Below, in pieces: positions 1-16,760 of a DNA stretch of 64,000 nt (position 1 is the first letter of the stretch; each line of letters begins with the position of its first letter). The DNA is taken from assembly GCF_009914755.1 (NCBI RefSeq), contig NC_060937.1; one strand, given 5' to 3'. A model generated the notes under the pieces. It made no database searches. It was not told where the DNA came from and was given only the letters and a program-made list of their open reading frames with translations. A program made the position numbers and the translations under genes. The DNA is from the human T2T-CHM13v2.0 reference genome, Homo sapiens.

Positions 1-3000
1 AATATGAAAGTACATCAAATATATATTTTATTCTGTACATAAAATATCAAAGTACACCAGATATATATTCTATAGTGTACATAAAATATCAAAGTACCCA
101 AACTCTACATTACATACTGTACATAAAATATGAAATTACATCAAATATGTATTATTTTAGGAACATAAAATATGAAAGTACATCAAATATAGATTATTAA
201 CTGTACATAGAATATCAAAGAACCCCAAATATATATTATATACTGTACATGAGATATCAAACTTCACAAACTATATATTATATACTGTACATAAAATATC
301 AAACTACCCAAGGTATATATTCTATACTGTACAAAAAATATCAAAATACCCAAAGCATGTATTATATACTGTACATAAAATATGAAAGTACATCAAATAT
401 ATATTTTATTCTGTACATAAAATATCAAAGTACACCAGATATATATTTTATAGTGTACATAAAATATCAAAGTACCCAAACTATACATTATATACTGTAC
501 ATAAAATATGAAATCACATCAAATATATATTATATTAGGTACATAAAATATGAAAGTACTTCTAGTATAGATTATTTACTGTACATCAAATATCAAAGTA
601 CCCCAAATATATATTATATACTGTACATGAAATATCAAAGTTCACAAACTATATATTATATACGGTACATAAAATATCAAAGTACCCAAGGTATATATTC
701 TATACTGTACAAAAAATATCAAAGTACCCAAAGCATGTATTATATACTGTACATAAAATATGAAAGTACATCAAATATATATTTTATTCTGTACATAAAA
801 TATCAAAGTACACCAGATATATATTCTATAGTGTACATAAAATATCAAAGTACCCAAACTATACATTATATACTGTACATAAAATATGAAATTACATCAA
901 ATATATATTAGGTACATAAAATATGAAAGTACATCAAATATAGATTATATACTGTACATAAAATATCAAAGAACCCAAATATATATCATATACTGTACAT
1001 GAAATATCAAAGTTCACAAACTATATATTATATACTGTACATAAAATATCAAAGTACCCAAGGTATATATTCTATACTGCACAAAAAATATCAAAGTATC
1101 CAAAGCATGTATTATATACTGTATATAAAATATGAAATTACATCAAATATATATTTTATTCTGTACATAAAATATCAAAGTACACCAGATATATATTCTA
1201 TAGTGTACATAAAATAACAAAGTACACAAAGTATAAATTATATACTGTACATAAAATATGAAATTACATCAAATATATATTAGGTACATAAAATATGAAA
1301 GTACATCAAATATAGATTATATACTGTACATATAATATCAAAGTACCCCAAATATATATTTTGTACTCTACATGGAATATCAAAGTTCACAAACCATATA
1401 TTATATACTGTACATAAAATATCAAGGTACCCAAGGTATATATTCTATACTGTACAAAAAATATCAAAGTACCCAAAGCATGTATTATATACTGTACATA
1501 AAATATGAAAGTACATCAAATATATATTTTATTCTGTTCGTAAAATATCAAAGTACACCAGATATATATTCTATAGTGTACATAAAATATCAAAGTACCC
1601 AAACTATACATTATATACTGTACATAAAATATGAAATTACATCAAATATATATTAGGTACATAAAATATGAAAGTACATCAAATATAGATTATATACTCT
1701 ACATAAAATATCAATGTACCCCAAATATATATTTTATACTCTACATGAAATATCAAAGTTCACAAACCATATATTATATACTGTCCATAAAATATCAAAG
1801 TACCCAAGGTATATATTCTATACTATACAAAAAATATCAAGGTACCCAAAGCATGTATTATATACTATACCTAAAATATGAAAGTACATCAAATATATAT
1901 TTTATTCTGTACATAAAATAAGAAAGTACACCAGATATATATTCTATAGTGTACATAAAATAACAAACTACACAAACTATAAATTATATACTGTACATAA
2001 AATATGAAATTACATCAAATATATATTAGGTACATAAAATATGAAAGTACATCAAATATAGATTATATACTGTACATATAATATCAATGTAACCCAAATA
2101 TATATTTTATTCTCTACATGAAATATCAAAGTTCACAAACCATATATTATATACTGTACATAAAATATCAAAGTACCCAAGGTATATATTCTATACTGTA
2201 CAAAAAATATCAAAGTACCCAAAGCATGTATTATATACTGTACATAAAATATGAAAGTACATCAAATATATATTTTATTCTGTACATAAAATATCAAAGT
2301 ACACCAGATATATATTCTATAGTGTACATAAAATATCAAAGTACCCAAACTATGCATTATATACTGTACATAAAATATGAAATTACATCAAATATATATT
2401 AGGTACATAAAATATGAAAGTACATCAAATATAGATTATATACTGTACATAAAATATCAAAGTACCCCAAATATATATTATATACTGTATATGAAATATC
2501 AAAATTCACAAACTATATATTATATACTGTATATAAAATATCAAAGTACCCAAGGTATATATTCTATACTGTACAAAAAATATCAAAGTACCCAAAGCAT
2601 GTATTATATACTGTACATAAAATATGAAAGTACATCAAATATATATTTAATTCTGTACATAAAATATCAAAGTACACCAGATATATATTCTATAGTGTAC
2701 ATAAAATATCAAAGTACCCATACTATACATTATATACTGTACATAAAATATGAAATTACATCAAATATATATTATATTAGGTACATAAAATATGAAAGTA
2801 CATCAAATATAGATTATATACAGTACATTAAATACCAAAGTACCCCAAATATATATTTTATACTGTACATGAAATATCAAAGTTCACAAACTATATATTA
2901 TATACTGTACATATAATATCAAAGTACCCAAGGTATATATTCTATAATGTACAAAAAATAACAAAGTACCAAAAGCATGTATTATATATTGTACCTGAAA

Positions 3001-6000
3001 TATGAAAGTACATCAAATATATATTTTATTCTGTACATAATATATCAAAGTACACCAGATATATATTCTATAGTGTACATAAAATATCAAAGTACACAAA
3101 CTATAAATTATATACTGTTCATAAAATATGAAATTACATCAAATATATATTAGGTACATAAAATATGAAAGTACATCAAATATAGATTATACACTGTACA
3201 TAAAATATCAATGTACCCCAAATATATATTTTATACTCTACATGAAATATCAAAGTTCACAAACCATATATTATATACTGTCCAGAAAATATCAAAGTAC
3301 CCAAGGTATATATTCTATACTATACAAAAAATATCAAAGTACGCAAAGCATGTATTATATACTGTACCTAAAATATGAAAGTATATCAAATATATATTTT
3401 ATTCTGTACATAAAATATCAAAGTACACCAGATATATATTCTATAGTGTACATAAAATATCAAAGTACCCAAACTATACATTATATACTGTACATAAAAT
3501 ATGAGATTACATCAAATATATATTATATTAGGTACATAAAATATGAAAGTACATCAAATATAGATTATATACTGTACATAAAATATCAAAGTACCCCAAA
3601 TATATATTATATACTCTACAGGAAATATCAAAGTTCACACACTATATATTATATACTGTACATAAAATATCAAAGTACCCAAGGTATATATTCTATACTG
3701 TACAAAAGATATCAAAGTACCCAAAGCATGTATTATATACTGTACATAAAATATGAAAGTACTTCAAATATATATTTTATTCTGTACATAAAATATCAAA
3801 GTACACTAGATATATATTCTATAGTGTACATAAAATATCAAAGTACCCAAACTATTTCTTATATACTCTACATAAAATATGAAATTACATCAAATATATA
3901 TTATATTAGGTACATAAAATATGAAAGTACATCAAATATAGATTATATGATGTACATTATATACCAAAGTACCCCAAATATATATTTTATACTGTACATG
4001 AAATATCAAGGTTCACAAACTATATATTATATACTGTACGTAAAATATCAAAGTACCCAAGGTACATATTCTATACTGTACAAAAAATATCAAAGTACCC
4101 AAAGCACGTATTATATACTGTACATAAAACATGAAAGTACATCAAATATATATTTTTTTCTGTACATAAAATATCAAAGTACACCAGATATATATTCAAT
4201 AGTGTACCTAAAATAACAAAGTACAAAAACTATAAATTATATACTGTACATAAAATATGAAATTACACCAAATATATATTAGGTACATAAAATATGAAAG
4301 TACATCAAATATAGATTATATACTGTACAAAAAATATCAAAGTACCCCAAATATATATTATATACTGTACATGAAATATCAAAGTTCACAAACTATATAT
4401 TATATACTGTACATAAAATATCAACGTACCCAAGGTATATATTCTATACTGTACAAAAGATATCAAAGTACCCAAAGCATGTATTATATACTGTACATAA
4501 AATATGAAAGTACATCAAATATATATTTTATTCTGTACATAAAATATCAAAGTACACCAGATATATTTTCTATAGTGTACATAAAATATCAAAGTACCCA
4601 AACTATTTCTTATATACTCTACATAAAATATGAAATTACATCAAATATATATTATATTAGGTACATAAAATATGAAAGTACATCAAATATAGATTATATG
4701 CTGTACATTAAATACCAAAGTACCCCAAATATATATTTTATACTGTACATGAAATATCAAGGTTCACAAACTATATATTATATACTGTACATAAAATATC
4801 AAAGTACCCAAGGTATATATTCTATACTGTACAAAAAATATCAAAGTACCCAAAGCATGTATTATATACTGTACCTAAAATATGAAAGTACATCAAATAT
4901 ATATTTTATTTTGTACAGAAAATATCAAAGTACACCAGATATATATTCTATAGTGTACATAAAATATCAAAGTACCCAAACTATACATTATATACTGTAC
5001 ATAAAATATGAGATTACATCAAATATATATTATATTAGGTACATAAAATATGAAAGTACATCAAATATAGATTATATACTGTACATAAAATATCAAAGTA
5101 CCCCAAATATATATTATATACTCTACAGGAAATATCAAATTTCACACACTATATATTATATACTGTACATAAAATATCAAAGTACCCAAGGTATATATTC
5201 TATACTGTACAAAAAATATCAAAGTACCCAAAGCATGTATTATATTCTGTATATAAAATATGAAAGTACATCAAATATATATTTTATTCTGTACATAAAA
5301 TATCAAATTACACCAGATATATATTCTATAGTGTACATAAAATAACAAAGTACACAAACTATAAATTATATACTGTACATAAAATATGAAATTACATCAA
5401 ATATATATTAGGTACATAAAATATGAAAGTACATCAAATATAGATTATATACTGTACATAAAATATCAATGTACCCCAAATATATATTTTATACTCTACA
5501 TGAAATATCAAAGTTCACAAACCATATATTATATACTGTACATAAAATATCAAAGTACCCAAGGTATATATTCTATACTGCAAAAAAAATATCAAAGTAC
5601 CCAAAGCATGTATTATATACTGTATATAAAATATGAAAGTACATCAAATATATATTTTATTCTGTACATAAAATATCAAAGTACACCAGATATATATTCT
5701 ATAGAGTACATAAAATATCAAAGTACCCAAACTATACATTATATACTGTACATAAAATATGAAATTACATCAAATATATATTATATTAGGTACATAAAAT
5801 ATGAAAGTACATCAAATATAGATTACATACTGTACATTAAATACCAAAGTACCCCAAATATATATTTTATACTGTACATGAAATATCAAAGTTCACACAC
5901 TATATATTATATACTGTACATAAAATATCAAAGTAACCAAGGTATATATTCTATACTGTACAAAAAATATCAAAGTACCCAAAGCATGTATTTTATACTG

Positions 6001-7589
6001 TTCATAAAATAGGAAAGTACATCAAATATATATTTTATTCTGTACATAAAATATCAAAGTACACCAGATATATATTCTATAGAGTACATAAAATATCAAA
6101 GTACCCAAACTATACATTATATACTGTACATAAAATATGAAATTACATCAAATATATATTATATTAGGTACATAAAATATGAAAGTACATCAAATATAGA
6201 TTATATACTGTACATAATATATCAAAGTAACCCAAATATATATTATATACTCTACATGAAATATCAAAGTTCACAAACAATATATTATATACTGTACATA
6301 AAATATCAAAGTACCCAAGGTATATATTCTATACTGTACAAAAGATATCAAAGCACCCAAATCATGTATTATATACTGTACATAAAATATGAAAGTACAT
6401 CAAATATATATTTTATTCTGTACATAAAATATCAAAGTACACCAGATATATATTCTATAGTGTACATAAAATAACAAAGTACACAAACTATACATTATAT
6501 ACTGTACATAAAATATGAAATTACATCAAATATATATTAGGTACATAAAATATGAAAGTACATCAAATATAGATTATATACTGTACATAAAATATCAAAG
6601 TACCCCAAATATATATTATATACTCTACAGGAAATATCAAAGTTCACACACTATATATTATATACTGTACATAAAATATCAAAGTACCCAAGGTATATAT
6701 TCTATACTGTACCAAAAATATCAAAGTACCCAAAGCATGTATTATGTACTGTATATAAAATATGAAAGTACATTAAATATATATTTTATTCTGTACATAA
6801 AATATCAAAGTACACCAGATATATATTCTATAGTGTACATAAAATAACAAAGTACACAAACTATAAATTATATACTGTACATAAAATATGAAATTACATC
6901 AAATATATATTAGGTACATAAAATATGAAAGTACTTCAAATATAGATTATATACTGTACGTATAATATCAATGTACCCCAAATATATATTTTATACTCTA
7001 CATCAAATATCAAAGTTCACAAACCATACATTATATACTGTACATAAAATATCAAAGTACCCAAGGTATATATTCTATACTGTACAAAAAATATCAAAGT
7101 ACCCAAAGCATGTATTATATACTGTACATAAAGTATGAAAGTACATGATATATATATTTTATTCTGTACATAAAATATCAAAGTACACCAGATATATATT
7201 CTATAGAGTACATAAAATAACAAAGTACAAAAACTATAAATTATATACTGTACATAAAATATGAAATTACATCAAACATATATTAGGTACATAAAATATG
7301 AAAGTACATCAAATATAGATTATATACTGTACATAAAATATCAAAGTACCCCAAATATATATTTTATACTGTATATGAAATATCAAAGTTCACAAACTAT
7401 ATATTATATACTGTATATAAAATATCAAAGTACCCAAGGTATATATTCTATACTGTACAAAAAATATCAAAGTACCCGTAGCATGTATTATATACTGTAC
7501 ATAAAATATGAAAGTACATCAACTATATATTTTATTCTGTACATAAAATATCAAAGTACACCAGATATATATTCTATAGAGTACATAAA

Positions 7590-9240
7590 ATAACAAAGTA
7601 CAAAAAGTATAAATTATATACTGTACATAAAATATGAAATTACATCAAATATATATTAGGTACATAAAATATGCAAGTACATCAAATATAGATTATATAC
7701 TGTACATAAAATATCAATGTACCCCAAATATATATTATATACTCTACATGAAATATCAAAGTTCACAAACCATATATTATATACTGTACATAAAATAAAG
7801 TACCCAAGGTATATATTCTATACTGTAGAAAAAATATCAAAGGACCCAAAGCATGTATTATATACTGTATATAAAATATGAAAGTACATCAAATATATAT
7901 TTTATTCTGTACATAAAATATCAAAGTACACCAGATATATATTCTATAGTGTACATAAAATAACAAAGTACAAAAACTATAAATTATATACTGTACATAA
8001 AATATGAAATTACATCAAATATATATTAGGTACTTAAAATATGAAAGTACATCAAATATAGATTATATACTGTACATAAAATATCAATGTACCCCAAATA
8101 TATATTTTATACTCTACATGAAATATCAAAGTTCACAAACCATATATTATATACTGTACATAAAATAAAGTACCCAAGGTATATATTCTATACTGTAGAA
8201 AAAATATCAAAGGACCCAAAGCATGTATTATATACTGTATATAAAATATGAAAGTACATCAAATATATATTTTATTCTGTACATAAAATATCAAAGTACA
8301 CCAGATATATATTCTATAGTGTACATAAAATAACAAAGTACACAAACTATAAATTATATACTGTACATAAAATATGAAATTACATCAAATATATATTAGG
8401 TACATAAAATATGAAAGTACATGAAATATAGATTATATACTGTACATAAAATATCAATGTACCCCAAATATATATTTTATAATCTACATGAAATATCAAA
8501 GTTCACAAACCATATATTATATACTGTACATAAAATAAAGTACCCAAGGTATATATTCTATACTGTAGAAAAAATATCAAAGGACCCAAAGCATGTATTA
8601 TATACTGTATATAAAATATGAAAGTACATCAAATATATATTTTATTCTGTACATAAAATATCAAAGTACACCAGATATATATTCTATAGTGTACATAAAA
8701 TAACAAAGTACAAAAAGTATAAATTATATACTGTACATAAAATATGAAATTACATCAAATATATATTAGGTACATAAAATATGCAAGTACATCAAATATA
8801 GATTATATACTGTACATAAAATATCAATGTACCCCAAATATATATTATATACTCTACATGAAATATCAAAGTTCACAAACCATATATTATATACTGTACA
8901 TAAAATAAAGTACCCAAGGTATATATTCTATACTGTAGAAAAAATATCAAAGGACCCAAAGCATGTATTATATACTGTATATAAAATATGAAAGTACATC
9001 AAATATATATTTTATTCTGTACATAAAATATCAAAGTACACCAGATATACATTCTATAGTGTACATAAAATAACAAAGTACAAAAACTATAAATTATATA
9101 CTGTACATAAAATATGAAATTACATCAAATATATATTAGGTACTTAAAATATGAAAGTACATCAAATATAGATTATATACTGTACATAAAATATCAATGT
9201 ACCCCAAATATATATTTTATACTCTACATGAAATATCAAA
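7590..9240 (+). repeat. Local tandem expansion of a 370-bp HOR variant (4 marked copies), with a nested 1110-bp duplication
   Basis: Private marker AGGACCCAAA at 7841, 8211, 8581 and 8951 (period 370 = 378 - 5 - 3). ATGCAAGTAC at 7671/8781 and TACTTAAAAT at 8031/9141 are both offset by 1110. Confidence 0.92.
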
Positions 9241-12200
9241 GATAACAAACCATATATTATATACTGTATATAAAATATCAAAGTACCCATGGTATTTATT
9301 CTATTCTATACAAAAAATATCAAAGTACCCAAAGCATGTATTATATACTGTACATAAAATATGAAAGTACATGAAATATATATTTTATTCTGTACATAAA
9401 ATATCAAAGTACACCAGATATATATTCTATAGTGTACATAAAATATCAAAGTACCCAAACTATACATTATATACGGTACATAAAATATGAAATTACATCA
9501 AATATATTTTATATTAGGTACATAAAATATGAAAGCACATCAAATATAGATTATATACTGTACATTAAATTCCAAAGTACCCCAAATATATATTTTATAC
9601 TGTACATGAAATATCAAAGTTCACAAACTATATATTATATACTGTACATATAATATCAAAGTACCCAAGGTATATATTCTATACTGTACAAAAAATAACA
9701 AAGTACCAAAACCATGTATTATATACTGTACCTAAAATATGAAAGTACATCAAATATATATTTTATTCTGTACATAAAATATCAAAGTACACCAGATATA
9801 TATTCTATAGTGTACATAAAATATCAAAGTACCCAAACTATACATTATATACTGTACATAAAATATGAAATTACATCAAATATATATTATATTAGGTACA
9901 TAAAATATGAAAGTACATCAAATATAGATTATATACTGTACATTAAATACCAAATACCTCAAATATATATTTTATACTGTACATGAAATATCAAAGTTCA
10001 CAAACTATATATTATATACTGTACATAAATTATCAAAGTACCCAAGGTATATATTCTATACTGTACAAAAAATATCAAAGTACCCAAAGCATGTATTATA
10101 TACTGTACATAAAATATGAAAGTACATCAAATATATATTTTATTCTGTACATAATATATCACAGTACACCAGATATATATTCTATAGTGTACATAAAATA
10201 ACAAAGTACACAAACTATACATTATATACTGTACATAAAATATGAAATTACATCAAATATATATTAGGTACATAAAATATGAAAGTACATCAAATATAGA
10301 TTATATACTGTACATAAAATATCAATGTACCCCAAATATATATTTTATACTATACATGAAATATCAAAGTTCACAAACCATATATTGTATACTATACATA
10401 AAATATCAAAGTACCCAAGGTATATGTTCAATACTGTACAAAAAATATCAAAGTACCGAAAGCATGTATTATATACTGTACATAAAATATGAAAGTACAT
10501 CAAATATATATTTTATTCCGTACATAAAATATCAAAGTACACCAGATATATATTCTATAGTGTACATAAAATATCAAAGTACACAAACTATACATTACAT
10601 ACTGTACATAAAATATGAAATTACATCAAATATATATTATATAAGGTACATAAAATATGAAAGTACATCAAATATAGATTATATACTGTACATTAAATAC
10701 CAAAGTACCCCAAATCTATATTTTATACTGTACATGAAATATCAAAGTTCACAAACTATATATTATATACTGTACATAAAATATCAAAGTACCCAAGGTA
10801 TATATTCTATACTGCACAAAAAATATCAAAGTACCCAAAGCATGTATTATATACAGTACATAAAATATGAAAGTACATCAAATATATATTTTATTCTGCA
10901 CATAAAATATCAAAGTACACCAGATATATATTCTATAGTGTACATAAAATATCAAAGTACCCAAACTATACATTATATACTGTACATAAAATATGAAATT
11001 ACATCAAATATATATTAGGTACATAAAATATGAAAGTACATCAAATATAGATTATATACTGTACATAAAATATCAATGTACCCAAAATATATATTTTATA
11101 CTCTACATGAAATACCAAAGTTCACAAACCATACATTATATACTGTACATAAAATATCAAAGTACCCAAGGTATATATTCTATACTGTACAAAAAATATC
11201 AAAGTACCCAAAGCATGTATTATATACTGTACATAAAATATGAAAGTACATCAAATATATATTTTATTCTGTACATAAAATATCAAAGTACACCAGATAT
11301 ATATTCTATAGAGTACATAAAATATCAAAGTACCCAAACTATACATTATATAATGTACATAAAATATGAAATTACATCAAATATATATTAGGTACATAAA
11401 ATATGAAAGTACATCAAATATAGATTATATACTGTACATAAAATATCAAAGTACCCCAAATATATATTATATACTCTACATGAAATATCAAAGTTCACAA
11501 ACTATATATTATATACTGTACATAAAATATCAAAGTACCCAAGGTATATATTCTATAATGTACAAAGAATATCAAAGTACCCAAAGCGTGTATTATATAC
11601 TGTATATAAAATATGAAATTACATCAAATATATATTTAATTCTGTACATAAAATATCAAAGTACACCAGATATATATTCTATAGTGTACATAAAATATCA
11701 AAGTACCCAAACTATACATTATATACTGTACATAAAATATGAAATTACATCAAATATATATTATATTAGGTACATAAAATATGAAAGTACATCAAATATA
11801 GATTATATACTGTACATTAAATACCAAAGTACCCCAAATATATATTTTATACTGTACATGAAATATCAAAGTTCACAAACTGTACATTATATACTGTACA
11901 TAAAATATCAAAGTACCCAAGGTATATATTCTATACTGTACAAAAAATATCAAAGTACCCAAAGCATGTATTATATACTGTACCTAAAATATGAAAGTAC
12001 ATCAAATATATATTTTATTCTGTACATAAAATATCAAAGTACACCAGATATATATTCTATAGTGTACATAAAATATCAAAGTACCCAAACTATACATTAT
12101 ATACTGTACATAAAATATGAAATTACATCAAATATATATTATATTAGGTACATAAAATATGAAAGTACATCAAATATAGATTATACACTGTACATAAAAT

Positions 12201-13279
12201 ATCAAAGTACCCCAAATATATATTATATACTCTACATGAAATATCAAAGTTCACAAACTATATATTATATACTGTACATAAAATAAAGTCCCCAAAGTAT
12301 ATATTCTATACTGTAGAAAAAATATCAAAGTACCCAAAGCATGTATTATATACTGTATATAAAATATGAAAGTACATCAAATATACATTTTATTCTGTAC
12401 ATAATATATCAAAGTACACCAGATGTATATTCTATAGTGTACATAAAATAACAAAGTACAAAAACTATAAATTATATACTGTACATAAAATATGAAATTA
12501 CATCAAATATATATTAGGTACATAAAATATGAAAGTACATCAAATATAGATTATATACTGTACATAAAATTCCAATGTACCCCTAATATATATTTTATAC
12601 TCTACATGAAATATCAAAGTTCACAAACCATATATTATATACTGTACATAAAATATCAAAGTACCCAAGGTATATATTCTATACTGTACAAAAAATATCA
12701 AAGTACCCAAAGCATGTATTATATACTGTACATAAAATATGAAAGTACATCAAATATATATTTTATTCTGTACATAAAATATCAAAGTACACCAGATATA
12801 TATTCTATAGTGTACATAAAATATCAAAGTACCCAAACTATACATTATATACTGTATATAAAATATGAAATTACATCAAATATATATTATATTAGGTACA
12901 TAAAATATGAAAGTACATCAAATATAGATTATATACTGTACATTAAATACCAAAGTACCCCAAATCTATATTTTATACTGTACATGAAATATCAAAGTTC
13001 ACAAACTATATATTATATACTGTACATATAATATCAAAGTACCCAAGGTATATATTCTATACTGTACAAAAAATATCAAAGTACCCAAAGCATGTATTAT
13101 ATACAGTACATAAAATATGAAAGTACATCAAATATATATTTTATTCTGTACATAAAATATCAAAGTACACCAGATATATATTCTATAGTGTACATAAAAT
13201 AACAAAGTACACAAACTATAAATTATATACTGTACATAAAATATGAAATTACATCAAATATATATTAGGTACATAAACT

Positions 13280-16200
13280 ATGAAAGTACATCAAATATAG
13301 ATTATATACTGTACATAAAATATCAATGTACCCCAAATATATATTTTATACTCGACATGAAATATCAAAGTTCACAAACCATATAATATATACTGTACAT
13401 AAAATATCAAAGTACCCAAGGTATATATTCTATACTGTACAAAAAATATCAAAGTACCCAAAGCATGTATTATATACTGTACATAAAATATGAAAGTACA
13501 TCAAATATATATTTTATTCTGTACATAAAATATCAAAGTACACCAGATATATATTCTATAGTGTACATAAAATATCAAAGTACCCAAACTATACATTATA
13601 TACTGTACATAAAATATGAAATTACATCAAATATATATTATATTAGGTACAAAAAATATGAAAGTACATCAAATATAGATTATATACTGTACATTAAATA
13701 CCAAAGTACCCCAAATATATATTTTATACTGTACATGAAATATCAAAGTTCACAAACTATATATTATATACTGTACATATAATTTCAAAGTACCCAAGGT
13801 ATATATTCTATACTGTACAAAAAATATCAAAGTACCCAAAGCATGTATTATATACAGTACATAAAATATGAAAGTACATCAAATATATATTTTATTCTGT
13901 ACATAAAATATCAAAGTACACCAGATATATATTCTATAGTGTACATAAAATAACAAAGTACACAAACTATAAATTATATACTGTACATAAAATATGAAAG
14001 TACATCAAATATAGATTATATACTGTACATAAAATATCGATGTACCCCAAATATATATTTTATACTCTACATGAAATACCAAAGTTCACAAACCATATAT
14101 TATATACTGTACATAAAATATCAAAGTACCCAAGGTATATATTCTATACTGTACAAAAAATATCAAAGTACCCAAAGCATGTTTTATATACTGTACATAA
14201 AATATGAAAGTACATCAAATATATATTTTATTCTGTACATAAAATATCAAAGTACACCAGATATATATTCTATAGTGTACATAAAATGTCAAAGTATCCA
14301 AACTATACATTATATACTGTACATAAAATATGAAATTACATCAAATTTATATTATATTAGGTACATAAAATATGAAAGTACATCAAATATAGATTATATA
14401 CTGTACATAAAATATCAAAGTACCCCAAATATATATTATATACTCTACATGAAATATCAAAGTTCACAAAGTATATATTATATACTGTACATAAAATAAA
14501 GTCCCCAAGGTATATATTCTATACTGTAGAAAAAATATCAAAGTACCCAAAGCAAGTATTATATACTGTATATAAAATATGAAAGTACATCAAATATATA
14601 TTTTATTCTGTACATAATATATCAAAGTACACCAGATATATATTCTATAGTGTACATAAAATAACAAAGTACACAAACTATAAATTATATACTGTACTTA
14701 AAATATGAAATTACATCAAATATATACTAGGTACATAAAATATGAAAGTACATCAAATATAGTTTATATACTGTACATAAAATATCAATGTACCCCAAAT
14801 ATATATTTTATACTCTACATGAAATATGAAAGTTCACAAACCATATATTATATACTGTACATAAAATATCAAAGTACCCAAGGTATATATTCTATACTGT
14901 ACAAAAAATATCAAACTACCCAAAGCATGTATTATATACTGTACATAAAATATGAAACTGCATCAAATATATATTTTATTCTGTACAAAAAATATCAAAG
15001 TACACCAGATATATATTCTATAGTGTACATAAAATATCAAAGTACCCAAACTATACAGTATATACTGTACATAAAATATGAAATTACATCAAATATATAT
15101 TAGGTACATAAAATATGAAAGTACATCAAATATAGATTATATACTGTACAAAAAATATCAAAGTACCCCAAATATATATTATATACTGTACATGAAATAT
15201 CAAAGTTCACAAACTATATATTATATACTGTACATAAAATATCAAAGTACCCAAGGTATATATTCTATACTGTACAAAAGATATCAAAGTACCCAAAGCA
15301 TGTATTATATACTGTACATAAAATATGAAAGTACATCAAATATATATTTTATTCTGTACATAAAATATCAAAGTACACCAGATATATATTCTATAGTGTA
15401 CATAAAATATCAAAATACCCAAACTATTTCTTATATACTGTACATAAAATATGAAATTACATCAAATATATATTATATTAGGTACATAAAATATGAAAGT
15501 ACATCAAATATAGATTATATGCTGTACATTAAATACCAAAGTACCCCAAATATATATTTTATACTGTACATGAAATATCAAAGTTCACAAACTATATATT
15601 ATATACTGTACATAAAATATCAAAGTACCCAAGGTATGTATTCTATACTGTACAAAAAATATCAAAGTACCCAAAGCACGTATTATATACTGTACATAAA
15701 ACATGAAAGTACATCAAATATATATTTTTTTCTCTACATAAAATATCAAAGTACACCAGATATATATTCAATAGTGTACATAAAATAACAAAGTACAAAA
15801 ACTATAAATTATATACTGTACATAAAATATGAAATTACATCAAATATATATTAGGTACATAAAATATGAAAGTACATAAAATATAGATTATATACTGTAC
15901 ATAAAATATCAATGTACCCCAAATATATATTTTATACTCGACATGAAATATCAAAGTTCACAAACCATATAATATATACTGTTCATAAAATATCAAAGTA
16001 CCCAAGGTATATATTCTATACTGTACAAAAAATATCAAAGTACCCAAAGCATGTATTATATACTGTACATAAAATATGAAAGTACATCAAATATATATTT
16101 TATTCTGTACATAAAATATCAAAGTACACCAGATATATATTCTATAGTGTACATAAAATATCAAAGTACCCAAACTATACATTATATACTGTACATAAAA

Positions 16201-16760
16201 TATGAAATTACATCAAATATATATTATATTAGGTACAAAAAATATGAAAGTACATCAAATATAGATTATATACTGTACATTAAATACCAAAGTACCCCAA
16301 ATATATATTTTATACTGTACATGAAATATCAAAGTTCACAAACTATATATTATATACTGTACATATAATTTCAAAGTACCCAAGGTATATATTCTATACT
16401 GTACAAAAAATATCAAAGTACCCAAAGCATGTATTATATACAGTACATAAAATATGAAAGTACATCAAATATATATTTTATTCTGTACATAAAATATCAA
16501 AGTACACCAGATATATATTCTATAGTGTTCATAAAATAACAAAGTACACAAACTATAAATTATATACTGTACATAAAATATGAAAGTACATCAAATATAG
16601 ATTATATACTGTACATAAAATATCGATGTACCCCAAATATATATTTTATACTCTACATGAAATACCAAAGTTCACAAACCATATATTATATACTGTACAT
16701 AAAATATCAAAGTACCCAAGGTATATATTCTATACTGTACAAAAAATATCAAAGTACCCA
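13280..16760 (+). repeat. Spaced direct duplication (~13.3-14.2 kb copied at ~15.9-16.75 kb, offset 2586) containing an 8-monomer HOR
   Basis: ORFs 13465 and 16051 are identical and starts 14071/16657 share the offset. TATCGATG occurs at 14035/16621. Both copies lack monomer 7. Confidence 0.88.

Noticed and set aside
3128-6515. Apparent 1129-bp super-repeat (ORF starts 3128, 4257, 5386, 6515)
   Set aside because: It reflects only a short-long-long length pattern. Private variants here recur at offsets of 751 and ~1507 rather than 1129, so these are not tandem copies.
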